This document shows positions 1 to 9,140 of a stretch of DNA of 64,000 nucleotides, one piece after another. Under the pieces are notes generated by a model. It was given only the letters and a program-made list of their open reading frames with translations, did no database searches and was not told where the DNA came from. The number at the start of each line of letters is the position of its first letter. The first letter of the stretch is position 1. The position numbers and the translations under genes are program-made. Source of the stretch: an uncultured delta proteobacterium (lineage in GTDB: Bacteria > Desulfobacterota > Binatia > UBA9968); NCBI GenBank assembly GCA_963816145.1, contig CAWFJP010000002.1, forward strand, positions 160,001 to 224,000, written 5' to 3'.

Positions 1-801
1 AGTAGAATTCGACAATTCACTTTGGGTGCTGCAGCTGTCTTCCAGGCGCTGCTGTTATTTATATCCGCAGCTCATGGCTCTTGCCGTGATCCGGATGTCG
101 CTCGCAGTTTCGGCTCGCTCGCCTACGCGGCCAATGTCGACGCGACGATTCAGTACTTCGGTCATAATTTCTTCCTCATTACGACCGGCAAGGGTACGCG
201 CATCGTCGCCGATCCCTTGGGACCTGGATGGTATCCCAATCCGAATGTCGCCGCCGATGTCGTCACCGTCGGCAAGGAAATGTTCAACCACAATGCCGTG
301 CAGATCGTCCAAGGCAACCCGCTGATCCTGCGCGGATTGAAGAACTACGGCGCCGATTGGAACATGGTCAGCACGAGCGTAAAAGACGCCTTCATCTACA
401 GCGTGCCGATTCACCAGAACGCCGAGTTCATCCAGGGGATCCACGGTTCGGCATTCGTCTACGACCTCGGCGTCCTGTGCATCGCCCACTTGGGCGATTT
501 GAGCCAAAAGTTGAACGAGCAGCAGATCAAAGCTTTCGGCAAAGTCGATATTGCCCTCACGCCCATCGGCGGCGGCCGAACCATGGGGCCGGACCTGGCG
601 AAGGAAGTGCTTGCCCAGCTCAAACCGAAAATCGCCATTCCCATGCATCATCGCGATAGTCCCTACCTGATCAAGCAATTCGCCACCGGCATGAAAACGC
701 AGCTCGTCAACGGCGACACCTTGGCAGTGAGCAAAGATTCGCTGCCCATGCCGACGGAGATCCGCGTGCTGGTGCCGCGCGGCGCGATGAATTACCGGTG
801 A
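1..801 (+). CDS. MBL-fold metallo-hydrolase, probably secreted; frame is open from the window edge, so the start may lie upstream
   Basis: Motifs YFGHNFFLITT, IVADP, IAHLGDL, PIGGG and IAIPMH match the UPF0173/UlaG-like MBL family; hydrophobic N-terminus; HxHxDH degenerate (GKEMFNH). Confidence 0.8.
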   Translation, partial: SRIRQFTLGAAAVFQALLLFISAAHGSCRDPDVARSFGSLAYAANVDATIQYFGHNFFLITTGKGTRIVADPLGPGWYPNPNVAADVVTVGKEMFNHNAVQIVQGNPLILRGLKNYGADWNMVSTSVKDAFIYSVPIHQNAEFIQGIHGSAFVYDLGVLCIAHLGDLSQKLNEQQIKAFGKVDIALTPIGGGRTMGPDLAKEVLAQLKPKIAIPMHHRDSPYLIKQFATGMKTQLVNGDTLAVSKDSLPMPTEIRVLVPRGAMNYR

Positions 802-986
802 GGTGGGTTAGCTTTAAGCGAACTTCAGGGAGGGGGACGGGCTAGATTTTGAATCTTGGCGTTTGAGCTTGGGCTGTGATGTCGTTCGAAGTTGGCAATT
901 TTCCCCGCCCCTCGCGTTTCGGGATGCCGCTAAGCATTTCTACATCTGATGTCCTGTGATTCGCAAACAATTCCGGACTACTACTG

Positions 987-1787
987 CTACCGTTGTCCCC
1001 AAGGCATGACGATCGTTTCGATTGGCTGTGGCAGCTCCGGCTTGGAAATTTTCAAGATCGGCGCGCTGAGCATCTTCACCCGTGTCAAACCCTGGGTGTA
1101 TTCCTGGACGGCTTGGTCCCACCAGAAGTGTTTAGGGATGGCGATTTTCGGGTTGACCAGCTTGGTGACTTCGCGCGCTTCGCTTGGCGTGACGGTGAAG
1201 TAGCCGCCGGCGATCGGGACGAGCAGGATATCGATCTTGCCCATCATCTTGAGCTGGTCGGGGGTGAGTACGTGGCCCAGGTCGCCCAAGTGAGCGATGC
1301 AGATGTCGTCGACCTTGAAAACAAAGATGGCGTTCTTGCCGCGCTGCATGCCGCGACTTTTGTCGTGATAGGCCGGGACGACGTAGACCGAGACGTCGCG
1401 GATAGTCGTCGAGATCTTCTGCCAGTTTTCCCCGCCTGGTGTTAGTCCGTGCAAGATCACCGGCGAGCCGGGCGCCATGTGGACGCTGTTGTGCGGACCG
1501 TGCTGATGGCTGGTGGTGACGATATGTTGCGGTAGTGTCGGGCGCGGCAGGTCGAAAGCACCATGGGGGTCGGTAAGGATTCGGGTTCCTTTTGAAGAGG
1601 TGATCTCAAAAGTCGAATGGCCCAACCATTCAATGGTTACTTGGGGTGCGTTGCCCAGTGCCGCGCGAAGAATTCCTCCCCGCTGAACAACTTCAAGCTC
1701 GTGGCAAAATGATTGAACGCGCGCCGGCAGTCCGAGCAGCGCGAAAATGACTATGATCGTGCGCAGGTTTCGATTCATTGTGCGCAT
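987..1787 (-). CDS. MBL-fold metallo-hydrolase with signal peptide
   Basis: WLGHSTFEI, ILTDP, SHQHGPH, AYHD, AHLGDLGH, IAIPKH. Confidence 0.85.
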   Translation of the reverse strand: MRTMNRNLRTIIVIFALLGLPARVQSFCHELEVVQRGGILRAALGNAPQVTIEWLGHSTFEITSSKGTRILTDPHGAFDLPRPTLPQHIVTTSHQHGPHNSVHMAPGSPVILHGLTPGGENWQKISTTIRDVSVYVVPAYHDKSRGMQRGKNAIFVFKVDDICIAHLGDLGHVLTPDQLKMMGKIDILLVPIAGGYFTVTPSEAREVTKLVNPKIAIPKHFWWDQAVQEYTQGLTRVKMLSAPILKISKPELPQPIETIVMPWGQR

Positions 1788-1809
1788 TTCATGGCGCGTT
1801 CGACGGTTT

Positions 1810-1868
1810 ATAGGGGCAACCCCCTGTGGTTGCCCGGCCCAGGGTAGGCACAGGGGCCTACCCCTACC
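1810..1868. repeat. REP-like palindrome pair (GTAG-type)
   Basis: taggggcaaccccctgtggttgccc ... gggtaggcacaggggcctacccctac: two short imperfect palindromes in inverted arrangement between genes. Confidence 0.7.
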
Positions 1869-4130
1869 TCATATCAATCCCCACTTCCTTCTCATCCACC
1901 ATTCGACGCTGAGCAGCACGAGCACGATGGCGAAGGGCCAGAGCGTGCTCCACAGCTGGGTTTGGCGCTGCTCGACCAGCTGCGACGGCGCGATGGTTTC
2001 GAGTTTGGCGGCAATCTTCTCTAGCGATTTGTCGTTCCAGTCGTTGATTGAAAAATATTCGCCTTTGCTGTTCTCGGCGATCTGTTTCAATAGATCGAGA
2101 CGCGGCAGGCCGTCGTCGGTTTCGCCGTAGGCAAACGCGGCGCTGAAGCTGCCGCGGTCTTTGCCCAGAACTTTGCCGCCCAAGCTTGCTTCGGCTTCGA
2201 CGCGGTGAGTGCCTTCTTTGGTCGGAATGAATTCGCCGGTGTATTCGCCTTCCTCGCTGTCGGCGCTGGCGGCGACCACCGTCGGCTCGCCTTCGGGGCC
2301 GAAAACGCGCAGTTGCACGGTTGCCTGGCGCGTCGGCGTGAAGTCGTCTTTCAGCACTTTCAATTTGATCTGGCTTTTTTCTCCCGGTTGCACCGCCGCG
2401 ATGGGGCGCAACTGCACCTGTTCGAAGGACGGCTCCTGAGCGAGCCAGCGCGCCGCTTGACGCACCAACTTCAAATGATTTTGCGGCGATTCTCTATTGC
2501 CGACGGCGATGAAATTCCAGCGCCAGGCGTCGTCGCTCATGAGCGCGAGGGTGCGCCCCTTGCCGAAGCGACCGATGGTCAGGAGCGGCGCGCCGCCGCC
2601 TTCGCCGGTGCTCGTGATCAACGTCTCGCCGCGGGCGGCGCGCACTTGATTCATGCCGGTGAGCGCCGGCATCTTGCTCCAGGCTTCTTCGTTGGTTTTG
2701 GGGTCGGGCAGCAAGCGGGTAATCGGATGGGCCTTGCCGGCGGGAGTGAGCGCGATGTTGATCGCTGCCGCGGTCTGAAAAGTCCCTTTGCCGTCCAATT
2801 CCACCGGCAAGGCTTCTTTCAAGGCGCTTTCACCGTAACCGCCGGCATCGAAGGAGCGCGGGCCGCCGAGCATGGCCAGGCCGCCGCCGTCGCGGACGAA
2901 ATCGCGCACTCGTTCTAAGTACGACGGGTTGAAGTAAGCGCGATGGGAAAAGTCGTCGAAGAAAATCACGTCGAAGTTCTTCAATTCTTCGAGAAAAATA
3001 TCGTCGATGGGAAACGGAATTAAACTCAACTGGCTTTCGGGCACGTCGACGGTGTCGGTGGGCGTGCGCAGAAACACGAAGGAGACCAGCTCGATCAACG
3101 GATCTTGCTTCATCGCCATGCGCAGAAAGCGGTAGTTCCACGCCGGCGAGCCGGACAACGTCAGGATGCGGATCTTGTCGCGCTGGACGTCGACTTTAAA
3201 TTCCTTGCTGTTGTTCTGGGTGATCTGTTCGCCCGCCTGGGCCGGTATGCTCACGGAAAATCCATGGGTACCGAGATCCTTTGGCGTGAAGCTCAGCGTG
3301 ATCTTTTGCTCGAACGGATCGCCATCGATGGCCACCGTGCGCGTGGTGACGATATTCTTGCCGCGGTTGAAGAAGAGCGGCACAGACTTGCCTTTCATGC
3401 CCGAAGCTTGAATCGTCAGATCGATTTTGAACTCACGGCCGCGAAAGGCGAACTCCGGCGCGCCGACTTTGCCGATGCGCACGTCGGTGAATCCCTCGGC
3501 CTCGCCGACGCCGACGGCGAACACCGGCACCGTCAGCGCCGGGCCGCCGTCCAAAGTCTTTTTGTCGCCGTTGGTAATACCGTCGGTGAAAACGATGATG
3601 CCCGCCGCTGCCGTGTTGCTGTCGCGCGCCGTGGCTTGCAGCAATTCTAACAATCTTGTGCCGGGATCTTGCGGTTTCAATCCGGTAAGGCCGCCAATTG
3701 AGATCGGTTCGAGGCTGGTGCCGAGGCGAATCAGTTTGAGATCGTAGTCGCGATTGAGTTTTTGCAAAAGCGTCTCGCCGGCACCGGCGGTGAGTTTCTC
3801 ACGCACCAGATCGAGGCGGCTTTGGGCATTCTTATCGCCCGGCGCGCTCTTCGAACTCGCCGGAAAACCCATACTCTGGGAACTGTCGATCAGCACCGTC
3901 AGGGGCCGGCGCAATTTGGTCACGCGCTTGTCGATCAGCGCCGGGCCGAAGAGAAAAAAGATTAGCACGCCGTAGACCAGGGCGCGCAGCGCGGTGAGAA
4001 AGCTGGTCTGACTGACGGGCAGCCGTTTCTTCAGGCCGAAGAATTGTTGCACCAGCAATGCCAACGTGGCGACACCGATGAGCGCGACCAGCCATCCCGG
4101 CAAGGAACCGATGAGATAGAGATCGTTCAT
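1869..4130 (-). CDS. Membrane protein with vWA, Ig-like and GATase1-like domains
   Basis: N-terminal TM helices, MIDAS DSSQS and FTDG, GGGLAMLGG GATase-like segment, C-terminal TM ending EWWMRRKWGL. Confidence 0.75.
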   Translation of the reverse strand: MNDLYLIGSLPGWLVALIGVATLALLVQQFFGLKKRLPVSQTSFLTALRALVYGVLIFFLFGPALIDKRVTKLRRPLTVLIDSSQSMGFPASSKSAPGDKNAQSRLDLVREKLTAGAGETLLQKLNRDYDLKLIRLGTSLEPISIGGLTGLKPQDPGTRLLELLQATARDSNTAAAGIIVFTDGITNGDKKTLDGGPALTVPVFAVGVGEAEGFTDVRIGKVGAPEFAFRGREFKIDLTIQASGMKGKSVPLFFNRGKNIVTTRTVAIDGDPFEQKITLSFTPKDLGTHGFSVSIPAQAGEQITQNNSKEFKVDVQRDKIRILTLSGSPAWNYRFLRMAMKQDPLIELVSFVFLRTPTDTVDVPESQLSLIPFPIDDIFLEELKNFDVIFFDDFSHRAYFNPSYLERVRDFVRDGGGLAMLGGPRSFDAGGYGESALKEALPVELDGKGTFQTAAAINIALTPAGKAHPITRLLPDPKTNEEAWSKMPALTGMNQVRAARGETLITSTGEGGGAPLLTIGRFGKGRTLALMSDDAWRWNFIAVGNRESPQNHLKLVRQAARWLAQEPSFEQVQLRPIAAVQPGEKSQIKLKVLKDDFTPTRQATVQLRVFGPEGEPTVVAASADSEEGEYTGEFIPTKEGTHRVEAEASLGGKVLGKDRGSFSAAFAYGETDDGLPRLDLLKQIAENSKGEYFSINDWNDKSLEKIAAKLETIAPSQLVEQRQTQLWSTLWPFAIVLVLLSVEWWMRRKWGLI

Positions 4131-4133
4131 GGT

Positions 4134-4907
4134 TTACCGGGTGAGGCGCTTGCGGATGAACGGCACATGGATGAGATCGTCTTTGTAGTTCTCGGTCATG
4201 GCGTAAAGGATCAAATTAATGCCCAGATGAAAGGCGTCGCGCCGCTGCGGTTCTCCGCCGGGCGTGCAGGCATTGGTCCACTTGCCGACTTGATCGCGCT
4301 CCCAAGCGGCGCACAGGCCGTTCTGACAGTAGACCACCGGTGTCGAGTTGCCGAGGGTGATGCCGTCGAGAGCGGGGCTGACGATGCGCACGCCGCCGAT
4401 GCTGCGCAGCAAATAGTAGCTGCGCAGCGCCGCGTGGCCGGCCGGCAAGCGTTTGAATTCGTTGCCGGGAAACACCCGCAGCATTTCGCGGCGCACCGCT
4501 TTATCGAAGCCGTAACCGGGCTGGCCGAGGGCGTCGTCGATCAACATGAAGCCGCCGTAGGTGAGAAAACGGCGCAGTGTGTCGATCTCTTCCTGGGTGA
4601 AGGGATCGAATTCGTATTTGCCGGTGAGATAAAGAAACGGATAATTGAACAGATCCTGGTCGGTCAAGCTGGCTTCATGGCGCACCGTCGCCGCCTCGAC
4701 ACTGGTGCGCGCCATCAGCTCTTCCATCAGCGGCGTCACCGATAACGGATGCGGGTTCCAATCGCCGCCACGGTATTTCAACTGGGCGAAGACAAACTGC
4801 AGCCGGCGCTTGTCGGCGGGTTGAGCGGCGGCGGCGAAGTTTGGCAGAAGTGCTGTGCCAATGATCCCTCGGAACAGTAATCTGATGAAGTTGCGGCGAT
4901 GCATCAT
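4134..4907 (-). CDS. DUF4159 domain protein with Tat-like signal
   Basis: N-terminal HRRNFI; YPFLYLTG, GGFMLIDD, GINLILYAMT typical of DUF4159. Confidence 0.8.
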   Translation of the reverse strand: MMHRRNFIRLLFRGIIGTALLPNFAAAAQPADKRRLQFVFAQLKYRGGDWNPHPLSVTPLMEELMARTSVEAATVRHEASLTDQDLFNYPFLYLTGKYEFDPFTQEEIDTLRRFLTYGGFMLIDDALGQPGYGFDKAVRREMLRVFPGNEFKRLPAGHAALRSYYLLRSIGGVRIVSPALDGITLGNSTPVVYCQNGLCAAWERDQVGKWTNACTPGGEPQRRDAFHLGINLILYAMTENYKDDLIHVPFIRKRLTR

Positions 4908-4912
4908 GATAA

Positions 4913-4999
4913 AAAATGGATCATGGAAAATGGATAATTGATAATTGAAAACGGGATCCGGAAGTGTCCATTATCCATTATCAATTATCCATTGATTTT
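4913..4999. repeat. Inverted tandem heptamer repeat hairpin
   Basis: (aatggat/aattgat)n facing (atccatt/atcaatt)n. Confidence 0.75.
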
Positions 5000-7086
5000 C
5001 AAAAGCGCTGTCCCAACCACCCTTCTAACAGCAACGTTATTATCAACAATCCGAGCAACGGCAGCGCCAGATCGACGCGTTTGCCGCCTTGCTTGAGCGC
5101 GCTGACGTCGAGCACTTCGGTGCGGATCGGTTTCAATTTCGCGGCGAGTTCGGCGGCGCTGATTTCGTCCAAGCGCGATTCCAAAAACGGCGCGTTGACG
5201 GCGTAGATTTGCGGCGCGCCGCTGTCCTTTTCGCCGCCTGCCGGCAGCGACAGCCGGTAGATACCGGACTGGTCGTTATCTTCGACCGCCGCCGCGGCGC
5301 GGTCCTTTTCGCCGGCAATGGCGACTTCGGTGTTTTGCTTGTCGGGTTTAGTCACACGCAGATTGCGGCCGACGAAGTTGGCCGGAAACCACAGCTCTTT
5401 GACGGCGCCGACGGCGATGCCGGCGTCGAGGTTGCCGCGTTTGCCGCCGGCAAGATATTGGGTCAAGGATTGAATCAACGGCAGGAAGACCGTTTTTACC
5501 GGCAGGTCGCTCCAATCGCGGTCGGCGCTGGTCGTTATCAACATCACTTTGCCGGCACCGACCTTCTGTTCAAGCAGCAGCGGTTCGCCATTGGCAAGCG
5601 AGATGAGCGGCTTGCCGGCAGCGCGTTGATAGCCCCACACGCGCACGGTTTTGATCGATTCCTGCAATATACTGTCGGTGAGACTTTGCAGCGCCGGATG
5701 GGTGAGATCGATTTTATCAATCTTCTCGCCGCCTGCTTCCGGACCGGTTTTCCTGTCGCGCAACTGCGCCGGCAACGCGGCGCCGAGTTTCTGATTGTAA
5801 CTGTCAGCTTGCAATTTATCGCCGGCGAAGATCAGCACGCCGCCGCCTTGGCGGAGAAAGTTTTGCAGCTTGGTGACGAACCCGTCGGGCAGCGCGGCCA
5901 GGTTGGAAAGAATCACCACCTGATAGGTGTCGAGGGTCGCGGCGTTCAGTCCGTCCGGCACAACCACCGTCGGCAGGAACAGCGACGCGTCGCGCTCGCC
6001 GGAAGGATTCAAGGCGCGGGTGAGAAAAAACGTTTCGCTTTGCACCAAGGATGTCTGCGGGTCGCCGTCGACCAGCAGGACTCTCAACTTGTCCTGGGCA
6101 TCGAGGGCGAAGTTTGCCACGGGGTTGCCGGTGAGGCCGTCTTTCTTGAGGGTGATTTGCCCGGCGTGGGCGCCGGCTTGGCCGATGCGGGTTTGGAAGG
6201 TGACCGAGGTTTCGCTCTTGGCGGGAATCGTCGTCAACTTCTGTTCTTTGTTCTGGCCGTCGATGCTGAGCTGCACCAGCAGCTCTTTGATTTCCGTGGC
6301 GCCGAAATTGGCCACCGTCGCTTCGATCTGCAGCGGCAGATTGACGCCGACGCCTTGGCCGCCGAGGCGGATTTCTTTGACGGCGCCGTTGAGCGGCTGT
6401 TGCTTTCTACCGATGCGGATAACTTTCAACGGAATCGACGGATCGGCTTGCTTAAGCGTTGCGACCGAGAATTGATCCCAGCCGGTGAGCGCCATGTCGG
6501 TGATGACGCGAATCTCTTTTTGCCCCGCCGGCTGGTTGAGGAGCTCATAGGCTTTGCTCAGCGCGGTGGGCAGATTAGCCGTGCCGTCGGCGATTTCAAC
6601 GCCGGTGATCTCTTTCAGCAGCACATCCTTTTGGTCTTTCAGGCGAAAGACTTCCTTGGCGCTTATGTTGGTCGGAATCACGGCGGCGCGATCGCCGTCG
6701 TTCAAGCCGCCGATCAAAAGACTGGCCGCTTCCTTGGCTTGTTTGAATCCATTGCCATCGCCAGACCAGGTCATGCTCAGCGAATTGTCCAGTATCAATA
6801 CCATCGACACCGGGCCGCCGCCGGCGAACAGGCCCGCGCCGGTTTGGAAAATCGGATTGGCGAGCAGGAGCGCCAGGCAGATCACCGCCAGAGTGCGCAG
6901 CGCCAAGAGTAGCCAGTGGCGCAGGCGGTAGCTGCGCGAGATGCGTTTTTGCGATAACAGGATGAACCGAACGGCGGGAAAGCGGATGCGTTTCAACCGG
7001 CGCCGATTGAGCAAATGAATCAGGATCGGCAGCGATGCCGCGGCCAGGCCGAAGAGAAACAGCGGGTAGAGAAAGAAAACCGACAT
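4999..7086 (-). CDS. BatA-domain/vWA membrane protein
   Basis: BatA N-terminus LPILIHLL, MIDAS DNSLS, C-terminal TM; ATG at 7086 just downstream of the DUF58 stop. Confidence 0.8.
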   Translation of the reverse strand: MSVFFLYPLFLFGLAAASLPILIHLLNRRRLKRIRFPAVRFILLSQKRISRSYRLRHWLLLALRTLAVICLALLLANPIFQTGAGLFAGGGPVSMVLILDNSLSMTWSGDGNGFKQAKEAASLLIGGLNDGDRAAVIPTNISAKEVFRLKDQKDVLLKEITGVEIADGTANLPTALSKAYELLNQPAGQKEIRVITDMALTGWDQFSVATLKQADPSIPLKVIRIGRKQQPLNGAVKEIRLGGQGVGVNLPLQIEATVANFGATEIKELLVQLSIDGQNKEQKLTTIPAKSETSVTFQTRIGQAGAHAGQITLKKDGLTGNPVANFALDAQDKLRVLLVDGDPQTSLVQSETFFLTRALNPSGERDASLFLPTVVVPDGLNAATLDTYQVVILSNLAALPDGFVTKLQNFLRQGGGVLIFAGDKLQADSYNQKLGAALPAQLRDRKTGPEAGGEKIDKIDLTHPALQSLTDSILQESIKTVRVWGYQRAAGKPLISLANGEPLLLEQKVGAGKVMLITTSADRDWSDLPVKTVFLPLIQSLTQYLAGGKRGNLDAGIAVGAVKELWFPANFVGRNLRVTKPDKQNTEVAIAGEKDRAAAAVEDNDQSGIYRLSLPAGGEKDSGAPQIYAVNAPFLESRLDEISAAELAAKLKPIRTEVLDVSALKQGGKRVDLALPLLGLLIITLLLEGWLGQRF

Positions 7087-7093
7087 GCCGGGC

Positions 7094-7984
7094 CTACCCA
7101 CGCCAGCTCAGATAGCTCGCCAGCGCCTGGTCCAGCGGCGTGGCGGTGGAGATCAGTTGATAGTCGATGGCGCTGTCGTGACATTGCTTGCGCATGTCGG
7201 TGACGAATTCTTGGACGACCTGTTTGTAGGTGGCGCGGATGGTGCGCGGGTCGGCGATCACTTGCAGATTGGCCGCTTCCAAATCTTCGAACAAAATATT
7301 GCCGTCGAAGGGCAAGTCAAGCTCGGCTTGATCGAGCAGGTGAAAGACGATGACATCGTTGCCCTTGAAGCGGAACTGGCGCAGCCCTTTGACGATCTGC
7401 TCGGGCTCGTCGAGCAGATCGGAAATTAACACGATCAAGCCGCGCCGGCGGATTTGCCCGGCCAGCTCTTCGAGGATCTTCGCGACATTGGTCTCGCCCG
7501 CCGGGCCGCGGTTCTCCAGGGCGTGGATGATTTGCAGGAGATAGTCGCGCTTTGAGCGCGGCGGGATGAAGGATTCGACTTTGTTCGAGAACGTGACTAC
7601 GCCGGCGGCGTCCTGCTGTTTCAAAATCAAATACGCCAGCGAAGCGGTGAGCGTGCAGGCGTAATCGAACTTGGTGATGCCGTCCGAGGCGTAATTCATC
7701 GACGCACTGCCGTCGACCAGCAGGTAGGCGCGCAGGTTGGTTTCGTCCTCATACTCCTTGATCATGTAGCGGTCGAATTTGCCGAGCGCCTTCCAGTCGA
7801 TGCGGCGGATCTCATCGCCCGGCGAATACTCTCGGTGCTCTTCGAACTCGACACTGAAGCCCTTGGCGCGACTCTTGTGCACACCGGAAAGCAAACCTTC
7901 GACCACCCAGCGAGCGCGCAGAGCGAGATTGGCGATGCCCGCGAGGACTTTGGGGTCGAAATAGTTCTTGTCGCTGTCGGCCAT
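7094..7984 (-). CDS. DUF58 domain protein
   Basis: EFEEHREYSPGDEIRRIDWK, DGSASM, LISDLLD. Confidence 0.9.
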   Translation of the reverse strand: MADSDKNYFDPKVLAGIANLALRARWVVEGLLSGVHKSRAKGFSVEFEEHREYSPGDEIRRIDWKALGKFDRYMIKEYEDETNLRAYLLVDGSASMNYASDGITKFDYACTLTASLAYLILKQQDAAGVVTFSNKVESFIPPRSKRDYLLQIIHALENRGPAGETNVAKILEELAGQIRRRGLIVLISDLLDEPEQIVKGLRQFRFKGNDVIVFHLLDQAELDLPFDGNILFEDLEAANLQVIADPRTIRATYKQVVQEFVTDMRKQCHDSAIDYQLISTATPLDQALASYLSWRG

Positions 7985-7997
7985 GGGTCACTCACGT

Positions 7998-8077
7998 GAA
8001 TTACAGATTACAGATTCCATATTCCACATTCAAAGAATTCGGATAATTTGGAATCTTAAATTTGTAATTTGGAATGG
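7998..8077. repeat. Inverted tandem heptamer repeat hairpin
   Basis: (attacag/attccat)n facing (tggaat/tgtaat)n; same family as 46026-46115. Confidence 0.7.
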
Positions 8078-8085
8078 GCGGCGCG

Positions 8086-9114
8086 CTAGCGCGCCGCCTT
8101 GCCATCGGTTGAAGCTTTAACGTCGGCCAACAATCGGTTGATGATGTCGAGGGAAGAGATGCCTTCGCCTTGGGCTTTGAAGTTGGGCACGATGCGGTGG
8201 CGCAATACCGACGGCGCGATGGCTTGAATATCTTCAATGGACACGGCGTAGCGACCCTGCAGGATGGTGCGCGCCTTGGCGCCGAGGATTAAGAACTGCG
8301 AAGCGCGCGGCCCGGCGCCCCACTCGACATAGTCCTTGACGAACTGGGCCGTGTCAGCGCTTTGCGGCCGGGAGCGTTGGGCGAGCGCCACCGCATAGGA
8401 CACGACAAAATGTGACACCGGCACTTTGCGCACCAGTTCCTGGTAGCGCAGGATCGCCGGACCATCCATGATTTTCTTCGGCGCCGGCTTGGCGTTGGAT
8501 GTGGTTTGCATGACGATCTGCACTTCGTCATCGAAATCGGGATAGCCGATTTCGATGTTCAGCATGAAGCGGTCGAGCTGGGCCTCGGGCAGGGGATAGG
8601 TGCCTTCCTGTTCGATGGGGTTCTGCGTCGCCAGGACGAAGAACGGCAGATCGAGCGGATAGGTGCGGCCGCTGGCGGTGATTTTGTACTCTTGCATCGA
8701 TTGCAGCAGCGCTGCCTGGGTTTTGGGCGGCGTGCGGTTGATCTCGTCGGCGAGCAGAATGTTGGTGAAAATCGGTCCCTGTAAGAATTGAAACTCCCGG
8801 CGTCCGCCGGCGGCGTCTTCTTGCAGGATATCGGTGCCGGTGATGTCCGACGGCATCAAGTCCGGGGTGAACTGAATGCGGTTGAAGTCCAAATCCAAGA
8901 TCTCGGCGAGGGTACTGATCAAGAGAGTCTTCGCCAGCCCCGGCACGCCGACCAGCAGGCAATGGCCGCGGGCGAACAGCGCGATCAGGACTTCTTCAAT
9001 GACCCGGTCTTGGCCGACGATGACCTTGCCGATCTCGCTGAGCATGGCGTCGCGTTTGTCGGCGAACTCTTCGATCTCGGCGATCTCATGTTGCTGTATC
9101 TCGGTGGCTTCCAT
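8086..9114 (-). CDS. moxR: MoxR family AAA+ ATPase
   Basis: Walker A GVPGLAKT, RIQFTPDLMPSD, Walker B LLADEINR, ATQNPIEQEGTYPLPEAQLDRF. Confidence 0.95.
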   Translation of the reverse strand: MEATEIQQHEIAEIEEFADKRDAMLSEIGKVIVGQDRVIEEVLIALFARGHCLLVGVPGLAKTLLISTLAEILDLDFNRIQFTPDLMPSDITGTDILQEDAAGGRREFQFLQGPIFTNILLADEINRTPPKTQAALLQSMQEYKITASGRTYPLDLPFFVLATQNPIEQEGTYPLPEAQLDRFMLNIEIGYPDFDDEVQIVMQTTSNAKPAPKKIMDGPAILRYQELVRKVPVSHFVVSYAVALAQRSRPQSADTAQFVKDYVEWGAGPRASQFLILGAKARTILQGRYAVSIEDIQAIAPSVLRHRIVPNFKAQGEGISSLDIINRLLADVKASTDGKAAR

Positions 9115-9140
9115 GATGTGCTCGGGTTCTTCCTTCTGCC

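Noticed and set aside
5089-6912. 607-aa plus-strand ORF and many similar long antisense ORFs
   Set aside because: Shadow ORFs opposite well-supported genes in GC-rich DNA, with no recognisable motifs
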